From positions 1,033,443 to 1,048,504 of the forward strand of contig MCBF01000001.1 in the NCBI GenBank assembly GCA_001742785.1: a stretch of DNA of 15,062 bases, in the 5' to 3' direction. This DNA is from Candidatus Altiarchaeales archaeon IMC4. Its GTDB lineage: Archaea; Altiarchaeota; Altiarchaeia; IMC4. The stretch's first letter is position 1; each line of letters opens with the position of its first letter. Shown here in pieces: positions 1 to 8,257 of this stretch. The position numbers and the translations under genes were made by a program. The notes under the pieces were generated by a model, which was not told the origin of the DNA, made no database searches, and saw nothing but the letters and a program-made list of their open reading frames with translations.

Positions 1-394
1 GTTCATAGTACTTTTTCGCCCGCTCCTGCGCAAGCTCCGGGTTTTCTATTTCCCGTATTCGCTCGTAGCCGACCTTGGCAAGCCAGCGTTTGAAGGGCTC
101 GGCTTTTTTCGAGGGAATTGATTGGATTATACGGAATGTGTTTTCGGTGTTTGCACAGTCAGTAGTGTATTTTTTACCGTCTGCTGATAGCAGTTTCAGT
201 TGTCCGATTTTATCGGACAACTCAAACCCCTCATTCAGAAGATTAACTTTTAAATCTGACCAGTATTTTCTTGGTCTTGCGCTATCTGTCAAAACCTCTA
301 CAACATCAACTACCGAAAACCACCATTCATCATTGTGCCACATTCTTCTGATGCCCTTTCCCTGAAACACGACTAATGCCTTGTTTGTATCCAA
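1..394 (-). CDS. BRO-N domain (phage antirepressor-like) protein, 3' end outside window
   Basis: Not in the ORF track. Manual translation from TTG at 394 is open to the window edge: MDTNKALVVFQGKGIRRMWHNDEWWFSVVDVVEVLTDSARPRKYWSDLK...FRIIQSIPSKKAEPFKRWLAKVGYERIREIENPELAQERAKKYYE. WxFSVVDVV and IQSIPSxKAEPFKxWLAKVG are typical BRO-N family motifs. Confidence 0.85.
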   Translation of the reverse strand, partial: MDTNKALVVFQGKGIRRMWHNDEWWFSVVDVVEVLTDSARPRKYWSDLKVNLLNEGFELSDKIGQLKLLSADGKKYTTDCANTENTFRIIQSIPSKKAEPFKRWLAKVGYERIREIENPELAQERAKKYYE

Positions 395-406
395 TTTCGC
401 AATTTT

Positions 407-949
407 CTACTTAAACAGCCGTAATGCAACATCCGAGCGCATTGATTTCTCTATCTGCCCGAGCCTTGTTCCAAGAGTGTTGTCAATCCGCATCTTGCCG
501 TCCTTGCTCTCAAGGATGGCCCCAAAATCGCCTATGTCCGATGCCTTTGCGCCGCTTATGAGTTTCGCGTATTTCTTGTCAACCAGAACCTGCGGGTCCT
601 TGATGCTCTTCTTCCCGTCGGCTGCGAGTCTTTCGAGGATTTTCTTCTTTTCCGCATCGGGCAGACTCTCTATCTTCTGCCTCGCTTCCTCGAAGACCTT
701 TCTCATCAGGAGGTTCTTTTCCTTCTCAAGCAAATCGCTGGACTCTATCACCGCATCGGCTATCATGCGCCGGTACTCCAGAGCGGCCTCCGATGCGCCG
801 TCCTTTCTGATCTTATCGGCCTTCTTTTTTGCCTCGGCTTTTATGTCCTGCTTTATCTCGTCTACCTTCGCCTGCACTTCTTTGTTTATCGCTTCGATTT
901 CCGATGCGGCTTCATCCCTTATCCTCTTTTCGATTTCACTTAGTCCCAT
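407..949 (-). CDS. atpE: A/V-type ATP synthase subunit E
   Basis: 180 aa. MGLxxIxxxI start, long charged coiled coil, C-terminal DFGAILESKDGKMRIDNT...LF motif. Follows subunit K. GGGAG SD-like sequence upstream. Confidence 0.9.
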   Translation of the reverse strand: MGLSEIEKRIRDEAASEIEAINKEVQAKVDEIKQDIKAEAKKKADKIRKDGASEAALEYRRMIADAVIESSDLLEKEKNLLMRKVFEEARQKIESLPDAEKKKILERLAADGKKSIKDPQVLVDKKYAKLISGAKASDIGDFGAILESKDGKMRIDNTLGTRLGQIEKSMRSDVALRLFK

Positions 950-973
950 TTTGAACTCCCTTTATAAAGTTCA

Positions 974-1426
974 TCAGACGCTACCCAGCATCATAAACGA
1001 TATCACGAATCCAAGTATCACGGAAATGTCCGGGAGTGCCGTGAATATGACGTTCTGTACCATCGTTTCTGGGTTGCGCGCAACAGAGCCTATCCCCGCG
1101 GCGGCTACCGGTGCTTGGCCGAGTGGTGTCAGGCCCGCAAGACCCATGATCAGGCCCGCGCCGAATATCTTTGTCCCCTGGAAAACAGTTATTGCCTCGC
1201 CTAAATCGCCGATTTTACTAAGGATCATTATCCCTATGACGAAGCCTAGGATGACTGCAGTCTGCGGCAATGCCTCAAGGATAACCGCAGGTACAAACGT
1301 TTCTTTCTTCTCAGCAACCGCGCCCGCTGCGGACGCTCCAGCAATTCCCGAACCCACGGCAGATGCTATACCGGGTAGTCCAACGGCCAATCCTGCTCCC
1401 AAAGCAGCCAGTAGTATTCCTTCCAT
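974..1426 (-). CDS. atpK: A/V-type ATP synthase subunit K (c), 4-TM duplicated proteolipid
   Basis: 150 aa, Gly/Ala-rich, two hairpins (AGAVAEK...LPQT and GIGSVARNP...LPDI). GAGGT SD-like sequence upstream. Lies between subunits I and E. Confidence 0.93.
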   Translation of the reverse strand: MEGILLAALGAGLAVGLPGIASAVGSGIAGASAAGAVAEKKETFVPAVILEALPQTAVILGFVIGIMILSKIGDLGEAITVFQGTKIFGAGLIMGLAGLTPLGQAPVAAAGIGSVARNPETMVQNVIFTALPDISVILGFVISFMMLGSV

Positions 1427-1458
1427 TTTTTACCTCTTTTATTTTTTATTTGTTAGCG

Positions 1459-3492
1459 TTATTCTTCTTTCAAGATCGTATATTTCCTCTTCGCAACGAA
1501 GGGCATAAACACCCTGCCACCCCCCTGGTAATAGCGCGAAAAGTGCTCGACGTAGACAAGCCTCATGGCCTGGACAAACCCTGATAATACGCCAAGTGCA
1601 AAGTGCAGCCCCTGCCCAAGTATGAATATTATTATGGCAAGCACGATTCCGAACGCCGAACCCATCTCCCATGCTATTGCCGCAACCTGATTGAATGCCG
1701 TCGCAACAGCCCCCGCCCCGACCAGGAGTGCCATGACACGAGCATACGAAAGCGTGAATGCAAAAAAGTCAAGAAATTCAAGAAGGACCATTAGTTTGCT
1801 GCCGATAAACGCAAGCACCAGCCCGCCGAATATCATTGCAGCCGCAACATTTATCATATATGGGGAAAATAGGGGCAGCCAGTCGCGGTGTGAAAGTTGT
1901 TCAGAAAACATGCTGCCCATGGTTATGTCAAGGAAGATGCCTAGGCCAACCCCAAAAAATGACCACGCAAGGTAATGCGTTATTGCCTTCTTCTTGTGCC
2001 CGAGTTTCCAGTCGTTGTAGAAGCCCAAGAGCGTTCCAAGCACAAGATGGCAAACGCCGCCTATAACAGAGAGGTAAAGGATGACTATCAAATCGATTGA
2101 TTCCGGGTGGAATATCTGGAGCGGTAGTTTTGCTTCTTCTATCTCATGGAGACTATGAAGGTTGAGGACATTTACGGCATACCAGTCGTGGACGAGCGTT
2201 CCAAAATAATCGCCCATTACAACACCCACACCTATTGTTGCAATAGCGCACATCATAAGGAAAAGCGAAAGATTTTTAACGCCCTGCGACATGCCTGCGT
2301 ATTTTCTATACATCGCAAGGGAAATGCCAAGCAGTACCAAGCCGTATGCTGCATCTGCAATCATAAGGCCCGTAAGGAGTATTAGTGCCGGGACCGCAAA
2401 CATCGTCGGGTCAATCTGCCCGTATTTCGGGATGCCGTACATAGAGGTTACAAACTGGAATGGTTTCATATAATTGTGGTACATGAGGGTCGGCGCCTTT
2501 TCCGGGTCGGGATCTTTATCAACGATTATCTCACAGTTGTCGTGGCTTTTCCACTTTATCAGGGTTTGTATCTCCCTTGACTTATCCGCCGGGACCCATA
2601 CCCTAATGAAGGAGGTCTTATTTGTTTTGGCGCCGGAAACGACTATCTGCGCGCGCTCCTTTTCAATTTCAAGAAGCTCCTTGTTCACAAGTAGCTGCTG
2701 GTAATTTTCCTCATATATCTTCCTTAGTTTTGCGGTAAGGCGCGCTTTCTCGTATCGGAGTTTCTTAAGCTCGTCCTCGAGGCCGCCGCAGTAGTCCAAG
2801 AGCGAACCCTTGTTCTTTGGCATCGCTATCTTTTTTATACCAAGCGTTGACAGCATTTCTTCAAGTTCCTCTTTTGCCTCCCGCAACACGCATATCAGCA
2901 CGTTGTTTTCCGCAGGGGTCATGAGAGCAAAATTCCTGCCGAATCTTTCCTCAAGGGCTTCGCTTACACCCTCCGTGGATTCGGCGTGCCCTGCAAGGGT
3001 ATACGTATATTTGCTTTCGCCCATATCTTCAAGTTTTATGTCATGCAAGAACAGGCTGCATTCATCAATCTCTTTTGTCGCCTCGTTTTCGCGAGAAGAA
3101 ATTGATTGTATCTTTTCAGTTATATCAAGAACCTCCGGCTCTAGTTTATCCGTAAGTTTCGAGGACTCCCCGACCAATTCCTTCCATGTGGACTCTTCAA
3201 GTTCCTGTTTTTTGACATTCTCGACCCCCAAAAGAGCGTCAAGGAAGGGTGTCTTTCTTGTGTCAAACTGTTTCAGCAGGTTTATGAGTCTTGACGTCCT
3301 GAACAATTCGCGTGATATCTCGGTTATGCGCTCAAGGGGGGGAGTTCTTTCAAGATTAAGTTCCCTGACCTCTTTGTCGTCCACGAAATCAATCTGTGTT
3401 ATGCCTGTTTTTTGCAGTTCGGAGATTACATTTCCCCTGTGGCCGTCCAGCAGGATTACATCCAGCCTGTGCATTCGCAGCGGTTCAATCAT
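1459..3492 (-). CDS. atpI: A/V-type ATP synthase subunit I (a)
   Basis: 677 aa. Soluble N-terminal half, YGIPKYGQIDPT, ADAAYG, essential-Arg motif LSYARVMAL, C-terminal RLVYVEHFSRYYQGGGRVFMPF. Confidence 0.96.
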   Translation of the reverse strand: MIEPLRMHRLDVILLDGHRGNVISELQKTGITQIDFVDDKEVRELNLERTPPLERITEISRELFRTSRLINLLKQFDTRKTPFLDALLGVENVKKQELEESTWKELVGESSKLTDKLEPEVLDITEKIQSISSRENEATKEIDECSLFLHDIKLEDMGESKYTYTLAGHAESTEGVSEALEERFGRNFALMTPAENNVLICVLREAKEELEEMLSTLGIKKIAMPKNKGSLLDYCGGLEDELKKLRYEKARLTAKLRKIYEENYQQLLVNKELLEIEKERAQIVVSGAKTNKTSFIRVWVPADKSREIQTLIKWKSHDNCEIIVDKDPDPEKAPTLMYHNYMKPFQFVTSMYGIPKYGQIDPTMFAVPALILLTGLMIADAAYGLVLLGISLAMYRKYAGMSQGVKNLSLFLMMCAIATIGVGVVMGDYFGTLVHDWYAVNVLNLHSLHEIEEAKLPLQIFHPESIDLIVILYLSVIGGVCHLVLGTLLGFYNDWKLGHKKKAITHYLAWSFFGVGLGIFLDITMGSMFSEQLSHRDWLPLFSPYMINVAAAMIFGGLVLAFIGSKLMVLLEFLDFFAFTLSYARVMALLVGAGAVATAFNQVAAIAWEMGSAFGIVLAIIIFILGQGLHFALGVLSGFVQAMRLVYVEHFSRYYQGGGRVFMPFVAKRKYTILKEE

Positions 3493-3519
3493 TTTGAAAA
3501 TGTGAAGTTTTCAAAGCCA

Positions 3520-3705
3520 TGAAATTGCATCCACGTGAATCAATAGAACCTCGTGAATCCGCAGATTCACGGGTTACCATTTGCCAAAGGCAAATGCTTA
3601 TTCACGGGGCACGCGAATCGCTTTGAGGTTCGGTGTCCCGAATTTGCTTTGCAAATTCGCGGACACCGTTTGCGACTTTGTCGCAAATGCGTGTGGCAAT
3701 TTCAA
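3520..3705. repeat. Modular multi-hairpin palindromic element, copy 1
   Basis: Outer IR gaaattgc 3521-3528 / gcaatttc 3696-3703. Inner stems: cgtgaatc/gattcacg (3552-3571), catttgcc/ggcaaatg (3578-3596), ggtgtcc-cgaatttgc/gcaaattcg-c-ggacacc (3632-3667), tttgcgac/gtcgcaaa (3669-3687). Homologous to 8458-8572 and 10362-10418. Confidence 0.85.
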
Positions 3706-3708
3706 TGT

Positions 3709-4017
3709 TTACTCACCGGTGAACGTTTTTGTCACGAATTTTACTGCCTCGCCCATGTTCTTGGATGCCGAGCTGCGTACGTGGTCGATGTCCGCCTTTG
3801 AGCGCCGCTTTATATCCCAAATCCCTTCTTTTGCTTTCCCCTGCTCTTTTTCTATATCCTCTTTAACGAGCCTTTTGGCGTTTTCAATCTCTTTGAGGAT
3901 TGTCTCGTCACGGGTTCTTTCGGCGTTTATTATTTTTTTCTCAGAATCTTTCTTCGCTTTTTCGACCAGTTTTTCGACCTCGGCTTCGATTTCCTTTATT
4001 TTTGCGAACTCTTTCAT
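3709..4017 (-). CDS. atpH: A-type ATP synthase subunit H (G), peripheral stalk
   Basis: 102 aa, highly charged coiled coil (KIKEIEAEVEKLVEKAKKDSEKKI). First gene before subunit I, as in archaeal atp operons. Confidence 0.75.
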   Translation of the reverse strand: MKEFAKIKEIEAEVEKLVEKAKKDSEKKIINAERTRDETILKEIENAKRLVKEDIEKEQGKAKEGIWDIKRRSKADIDHVRSSASKNMGEAVKFVTKTFTGE

Positions 4018-4066
4018 TTTTTAAGATATACCGAGGCAGATGATAAGTAAAATTATTCGTGTTATG

Positions 4067-4074
4067 TTTATAAA
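4067..4074 (-). promoter_or_regulatory. Putative archaeal TATA box of the ATP synthase operon
   Basis: TTTATAAA about 50 nt upstream of the atpH start in an AT-rich intergenic region. Motif match only. Confidence 0.35.
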
Positions 4075-4130
4075 TACACCTGCTATATGCTGATTATAAT
4101 AAATGATAAATCATGATAAATGTACTCGGT

Positions 4131-4865
4131 TTATCCCAGAAATCGTGCAAACGTCAGAAATGCCGTGTGCCCTATCATCTGTATCTCGGGCCGCATCACC
4201 TTCACGTCCCACTCCCGCATGATAACCTCGACCGTGCGGTTCTCAAACCCCAAGAGGTGCCCGTAGACCTCCTGAACCTGCCCGATGCTCGGCGAATAGA
4301 TAACCAAGTAGCCGCCGGCTTTCAGCGCCGCCTTTGCATGAGCGACCGCCTTCCAAGGCTCGGGAAGGTCGAATATCACAACGTCTAAGTCCTTTTCGTC
4401 AATCCCCTCGTAAACGTCGCGGACTTCGAGGTTCACGTTTTCGATGCCTGCCTTCCTGAGATTTTTTTCTGCGATGTCCGCAAAGTCCTGCCGCAGCTCG
4501 TATGTAGAGAGTTTTTCCGGGTAAACGAGATTTGCCAGAAACATCGTAAGAAGCCCGCTTCCGGTTCCAGATTCGAGAACCCTCGAGCCGGAGTGGATCC
4601 CTGTGAAACCTGCGATGATAGATGCGTCCTTCAGCGTGATTGTTTGCGGCCCGCGCCTTGCCTTCTTCATAAAATCCAGAAGGTTCGGCTCAAGGATTAC
4701 GTAAACCCTGCCAGTCTGCGTTTCAACGCGGTCGCCGGGCTTTTTGTCCTTGACTTCATCCCACTTCACGACGCCGTATTTCGTGTGCAGGTCTTCCTCG
4801 TTCACTAGGTATCTGTTTCCGTTTTTTTCGTCAAGTAAAAGGCGCATTTTTCGCAACAAGTCCAA
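4131..4865 (-). CDS. trmI: tRNA (adenine-N1)-methyltransferase (TrmI/GCD14)
   Basis: LHTKYG N-terminal motif, RGPQTITLKD, SAM motif VLESGTGSG, DLPEPW, GHTAFL. True start may be ATG at 4847. Confidence 0.93.
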   Translation of the reverse strand: MDLLRKMRLLLDEKNGNRYLVNEEDLHTKYGVVKWDEVKDKKPGDRVETQTGRVYVILEPNLLDFMKKARRGPQTITLKDASIIAGFTGIHSGSRVLESGTGSGLLTMFLANLVYPEKLSTYELRQDFADIAEKNLRKAGIENVNLEVRDVYEGIDEKDLDVVIFDLPEPWKAVAHAKAALKAGGYLVIYSPSIGQVQEVYGHLLGFENRTVEVIMREWDVKVMRPEIQMIGHTAFLTFARFLG

Positions 4866-4871
4866 TATAGT

Positions 4872-4937
4872 TTAATTTTTCAGATATTTATTCATCGCGT
4901 CAATCGCGCAATATTTCCCGCACATGGTGCAGGCGCA
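4872..4937 (-). pseudogene. thiC: Orphan 3' fragment of thiC (phosphomethylpyrimidine synthase)
   Basis: Minus strand reads C-A-C-T-M-C-G-K-Y-C-A-I-D-A-M-N-K-Y-L-K-N-stop (TAA at 4874-4872). This matches the ThiC C-terminal Fe-S motif CxMCGxxCA followed by the usual short helix. The rest of thiC is not in the window. Confidence 0.65.
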
Positions 4938-4950
4938 ACCGTAATTTTTG

Positions 4951-5427
4951 TTAAGGATCCACCGCTGAAACAAATTTTATGAAATTAGCGTCTTCCCTGA
5001 GCAGGTTTATATCCACTTTATTTGCATAATCCGGAAGTTCTGCCTTGTCATAATTATCGGGTAATTGTCCTCCGGTTCCTTTTTTTAGCCAGTCGGATTC
5101 TATTGCTTTGTCAAAAACTATAATCACCGCATGCTTATTATTTTCCTTTGGTAAATCTGAAATCTTTTTATTTAATTTTTCATATATCTTCTTTTGTTTC
5201 CTGTCCCCGTCTCGAATGAAGATTACGCAATCATGTCTTATCCAGCCTGCCCTTGCAAGTTTAACAATTTTACTGTCCATGACTCCATCTCCCATTGTTG
5301 ATTGTACTTTTCTATGTTGTGAAATTTCAACTCCTAATTCTCTTTCAATTCTCTTAAGTAAACAATCAAAAAATTTAACGCCATACCTGTCTTCAGTCCA
5401 GATATAGAATGATTTGCAGTTTCTCAT
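4951..5427 (-). CDS. TOPRIM-like (DUF4276-like) protein, putative nuclease partner of the ABC ATPase
   Basis: 158 aa. Strand+Glu motif FYIWTED, strand+DxD motif VIFIRDGD, later IESDWL. Overlaps the ATPase stop codon (ATGA). Family assignment is by motif pattern only. Confidence 0.6.
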   Translation of the reverse strand: MRNCKSFYIWTEDRYGVKFFDCLLKRIERELGVEISQHRKVQSTMGDGVMDSKIVKLARAGWIRHDCVIFIRDGDRKQKKIYEKLNKKISDLPKENNKHAVIIVFDKAIESDWLKKGTGGQLPDNYDKAELPDYANKVDINLLREDANFIKFVSAVDP

Positions 5428-6638
5428 TCCAGCACATTATACAACCAGCCCTCACCCGTTGATATTCCTGCTTTTTCTAAATCTTTTTTTAATTTTTCCG
5501 CATCCTTTGCTCTTGAAACCTTTGTTTCATCAACCTCTTTTTTAACAAACAAAATATCCTCGACTTTGCACATATTCAATACAATCGGCGAGTGCGTTGT
5601 GATTATAACCTGCTTTCCCGAACTTTTAAGTGCGTCAATTAAAATTTCAATTGCCTCCGGATGCAAGCTGTTTTCGATTTCATCTATCACTAAGAGACTA
5701 CCTGATGTTTTTCCAAAACTCAAAGCAAGAACTGCCATAATCTTAAAGAAACCATCTGAAAGCGACTGAGGAATAAACTTAGTCCCGCTTTCAACGACTT
5801 CAAGCATAACCTTTCCCTCGGATGTCGGAACCGGACTCATTCGCTCAATATTCGGGAATAAAATTTTTAATCTGTTTGTAATTTCTTTTGGCCAGTTACT
5901 ATTGTTTTCAGAAAATAATTTATATAAAAACATTTGAAGGTTACCCCCGTCATAATCCATTGCGTTAAACCCCTCCATTAATCCCAATGAAAAGCCTTCG
6001 GATGATTCAAATTTTGCCGGAGATTTCATATTTGCCGGAATGAAATTGTGTACGGAATTAAGAATAGAACTCCCCCAGATGGTAAATATCGCAGTCATAA
6101 CATTATCTATCTCTTTTTTCTTCAAATCCCCTAAGGAGATAATCATTGGGGTTAGTATTCCTGAGAGGAGTAATATCTTATTTTCAAGCGATTCCTTTTT
6201 TATACCTTTCAATTTATCACTTTCAATTTTTCGCCCGGAATACTCAACTGATATGTTTTTACCCTCGTTTATGGCATTAAAATCCTTCAAGACAATTGAT
6301 TCTTTCTCTAACTTAAAAACGCCCCCAAACCCGCTTATTGCAAGTTCATAACTCAAGGTTTCCTTCTTTTTATTTTCGAATTTTAATTCAAATACAACAG
6401 GTAATTCTTCATTCCCCTTCCAGACAAGGTTTTTATAACCTCCATATTTACCGAAAGGATTTATCACCCCCTGCTGGTTTATATGCTTCAGAAATCTGAA
6501 AACTTCAACAATGTTGCTTTTCCCGCTTCCGTTCACCCCGACAAGAACGTTGAAATCCGAAAGTTCTATTGTCGTATCCTTCAGGCTCTTGAAATTTTGG
6601 ACATGAATCGATTTAAGTTTGAACTCCCTGAACTCCAT
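5424..6638 (-). CDS. AAA_21/AbiEii-like ABC-fold ATPase
   Basis: 404 aa. NFKSL, Walker A GVNGSGKS, signature LSDG, Walker B/D-loop LVIDEIENSLHP, H-loop ITTHSP. Confidence 0.9.
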   Translation of the reverse strand: MEFREFKLKSIHVQNFKSLKDTTIELSDFNVLVGVNGSGKSNIVEVFRFLKHINQQGVINPFGKYGGYKNLVWKGNEELPVVFELKFENKKKETLSYELAISGFGGVFKLEKESIVLKDFNAINEGKNISVEYSGRKIESDKLKGIKKESLENKILLLSGILTPMIISLGDLKKKEIDNVMTAIFTIWGSSILNSVHNFIPANMKSPAKFESSEGFSLGLMEGFNAMDYDGGNLQMFLYKLFSENNSNWPKEITNRLKILFPNIERMSPVPTSEGKVMLEVVESGTKFIPQSLSDGFFKIMAVLALSFGKTSGSLLVIDEIENSLHPEAIEILIDALKSSGKQVIITTHSPIVLNMCKVEDILFVKKEVDETKVSRAKDAEKLKKDLEKAGISTGEGWLYNVLE

Positions 6639-6722
6639 TTTGGTTTTTATATATTTAATTTGTTTTTATTAAATTAGATTAATTTTATTCTTTGGCCTAT
6701 ATATAATTCTATAAATAACCAA

Positions 6723-8249
6723 TCACTCCCTAAAAAAAATCGACCTCAGCCGCGATTTGTCTTTTTTCTTTTCAGCGGGCGCTGGCTCATCCGAGATGAA
6801 TATCGGCTTTATCCTTTCACAAAGCGACTTCCCTTTTTTCTTCGCCGGCTTTTCCTCCTCGGCATCTTCGGCGGGCGGCTTGCCGGCGTGCATGGTCTCC
6901 CTTACTCTTATGTCCACGGTTACCGGCTGCTCCGCGCACCCCACGATCAATGCATGCCCCACGGGAAGCTGCCTTATGTCGTTTTCCATGTCCTGCGTGA
7001 AGCCCTCTATGGACTGTCCGATTGCCCTAAGGTCGTTCGGGTTCGTAACCTTGAGTATTATCTGGGTGTTGCACTGGGAAAGCACGTTCTTGTCTATTCT
7101 CGCCGGGCGCTGGCTTACGACGCACAAACTGAACCCGAATTTGCGCCCCTCCGATGCGACCGTCCGAAGTATCTCTGACGAAAGCGCATCGCCGAAGCCG
7201 CGCTCAGGGCAGAAGTTGTGCGCCTCCTCGACCAGAAAGAAGAACCCAGGGATGCGGTTCATCTTCTTTGCCTCGAAAAGGTCCTCGGCAATCTTTGCGA
7301 CAATCAGCTGCTGGATGATCGGGTCCGTGCCCTTGAGGTTTATTATTGAGGTCATGCCGTCGCGGACGAAGTCTTTTTCCTTAAGCGGCTTTTCGTCGAA
7401 TATCCCGCTGTTTTTCAGCATCTCAAGGCCGGATAGGATTTTCCACTTCGCCTTGTTCTCGTGGTCCTGCACGACGTTTATGATGTTCGCCAAGCCGTAG
7501 TTTTTGCCTTCTAAGTGCCTCAGCGAATCGTACAGTATCGCCTTCTGCGCGTCGTTCAATGCCATTGGCATAACCCGCATCAGCTCGTAGAGGTCGAATT
7601 TCGAATTGAGGGACAACCTTTCGGCGCCCGGGTTTGCGCCTCGGTCCGTTGTATATTCCACAATCTGGTCTGCATATGATGCGGGCTTGACATCATATAT
7701 TGTCATTGCGGCGGATTCCGTGTTCGGGTATTTCAGGCTCGAGTATTCCCCGTGGGGGTCTATTATGACTATCGGCACCTTGTTTTTCATCAGTTCTTCG
7801 AGCAGAACGCCGACCGTATAGCTTTTTCCTGCGCCGGTTTTTGCAAGCACCGAAACGTGTTTGCCGATCGTGCGCGCGACATCGACGTAGACCGGGAGGT
7901 CGTGCCCCTCCAGAAGGCCGAAATAGATGCTCCCGCGTTTTGCCTTCCTAAGCCCCAGAACGTCGGTTATCAAATCGCGGTCTGCCGTGTGGACCCTCTC
8001 TTCCGCCCGAAACGGGGTCTTCGGCACAAGTATCTTTCCGGCCTGCTTGTAGCCGATGGTCTTTGCCTCGGCGATCGAGACTTCCTCCCCGGACTGCATG
8101 TAGCGCCTGACCGAATCGATGCGCGCCAGCACCCAGCCGTAGGTCTCGTGGTTGACCTTTACATAGCTTCCGCGCTCGATCTCGGTCGAAAGCAAAACGG
8201 TAAAATTCATCGGTTTTACCGCGCCGTGTATCGTGCCTACCTGTGCCAT
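6723..8249 (-). CDS. HerA/FtsK-superfamily ATPase (DUF87) with N-terminal HAS-barrel-like region
   Basis: 508 aa. KHVSVLAKTGAGKSYT (Walker A), IIDPHGEY, LVEEAHNF (Walker B), EGRKFG, SQRPA, SQCNTQI. Confidence 0.9.
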   Translation of the reverse strand: MAQVGTIHGAVKPMNFTVLLSTEIERGSYVKVNHETYGWVLARIDSVRRYMQSGEEVSIAEAKTIGYKQAGKILVPKTPFRAEERVHTADRDLITDVLGLRKAKRGSIYFGLLEGHDLPVYVDVARTIGKHVSVLAKTGAGKSYTVGVLLEELMKNKVPIVIIDPHGEYSSLKYPNTESAAMTIYDVKPASYADQIVEYTTDRGANPGAERLSLNSKFDLYELMRVMPMALNDAQKAILYDSLRHLEGKNYGLANIINVVQDHENKAKWKILSGLEMLKNSGIFDEKPLKEKDFVRDGMTSIINLKGTDPIIQQLIVAKIAEDLFEAKKMNRIPGFFFLVEEAHNFCPERGFGDALSSEILRTVASEGRKFGFSLCVVSQRPARIDKNVLSQCNTQIILKVTNPNDLRAIGQSIEGFTQDMENDIRQLPVGHALIVGCAEQPVTVDIRVRETMHAGKPPAEDAEEEKPAKKKGKSLCERIKPIFISDEPAPAEKKKDKSRLRSIFFRE

Positions 8250-8257
8250 TTTTTATT

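Noticed and set aside
381..3505. Long plus-strand ORFs (381-1508, 2810-3505; likewise 6757-7500)
   Set aside because: Antisense shadows of well-supported genes, with Ser/Phe-rich composition and no recognisable motifs.
3520..3705. Palindromic clusters as a CRISPR array, tRNA or known ncRNA
   Set aside because: No identical direct repeats with regular spacers, no cas genes, no tRNA cloverleaf or T-loop consensus. A structured-RNA role is not excluded but cannot be assigned.
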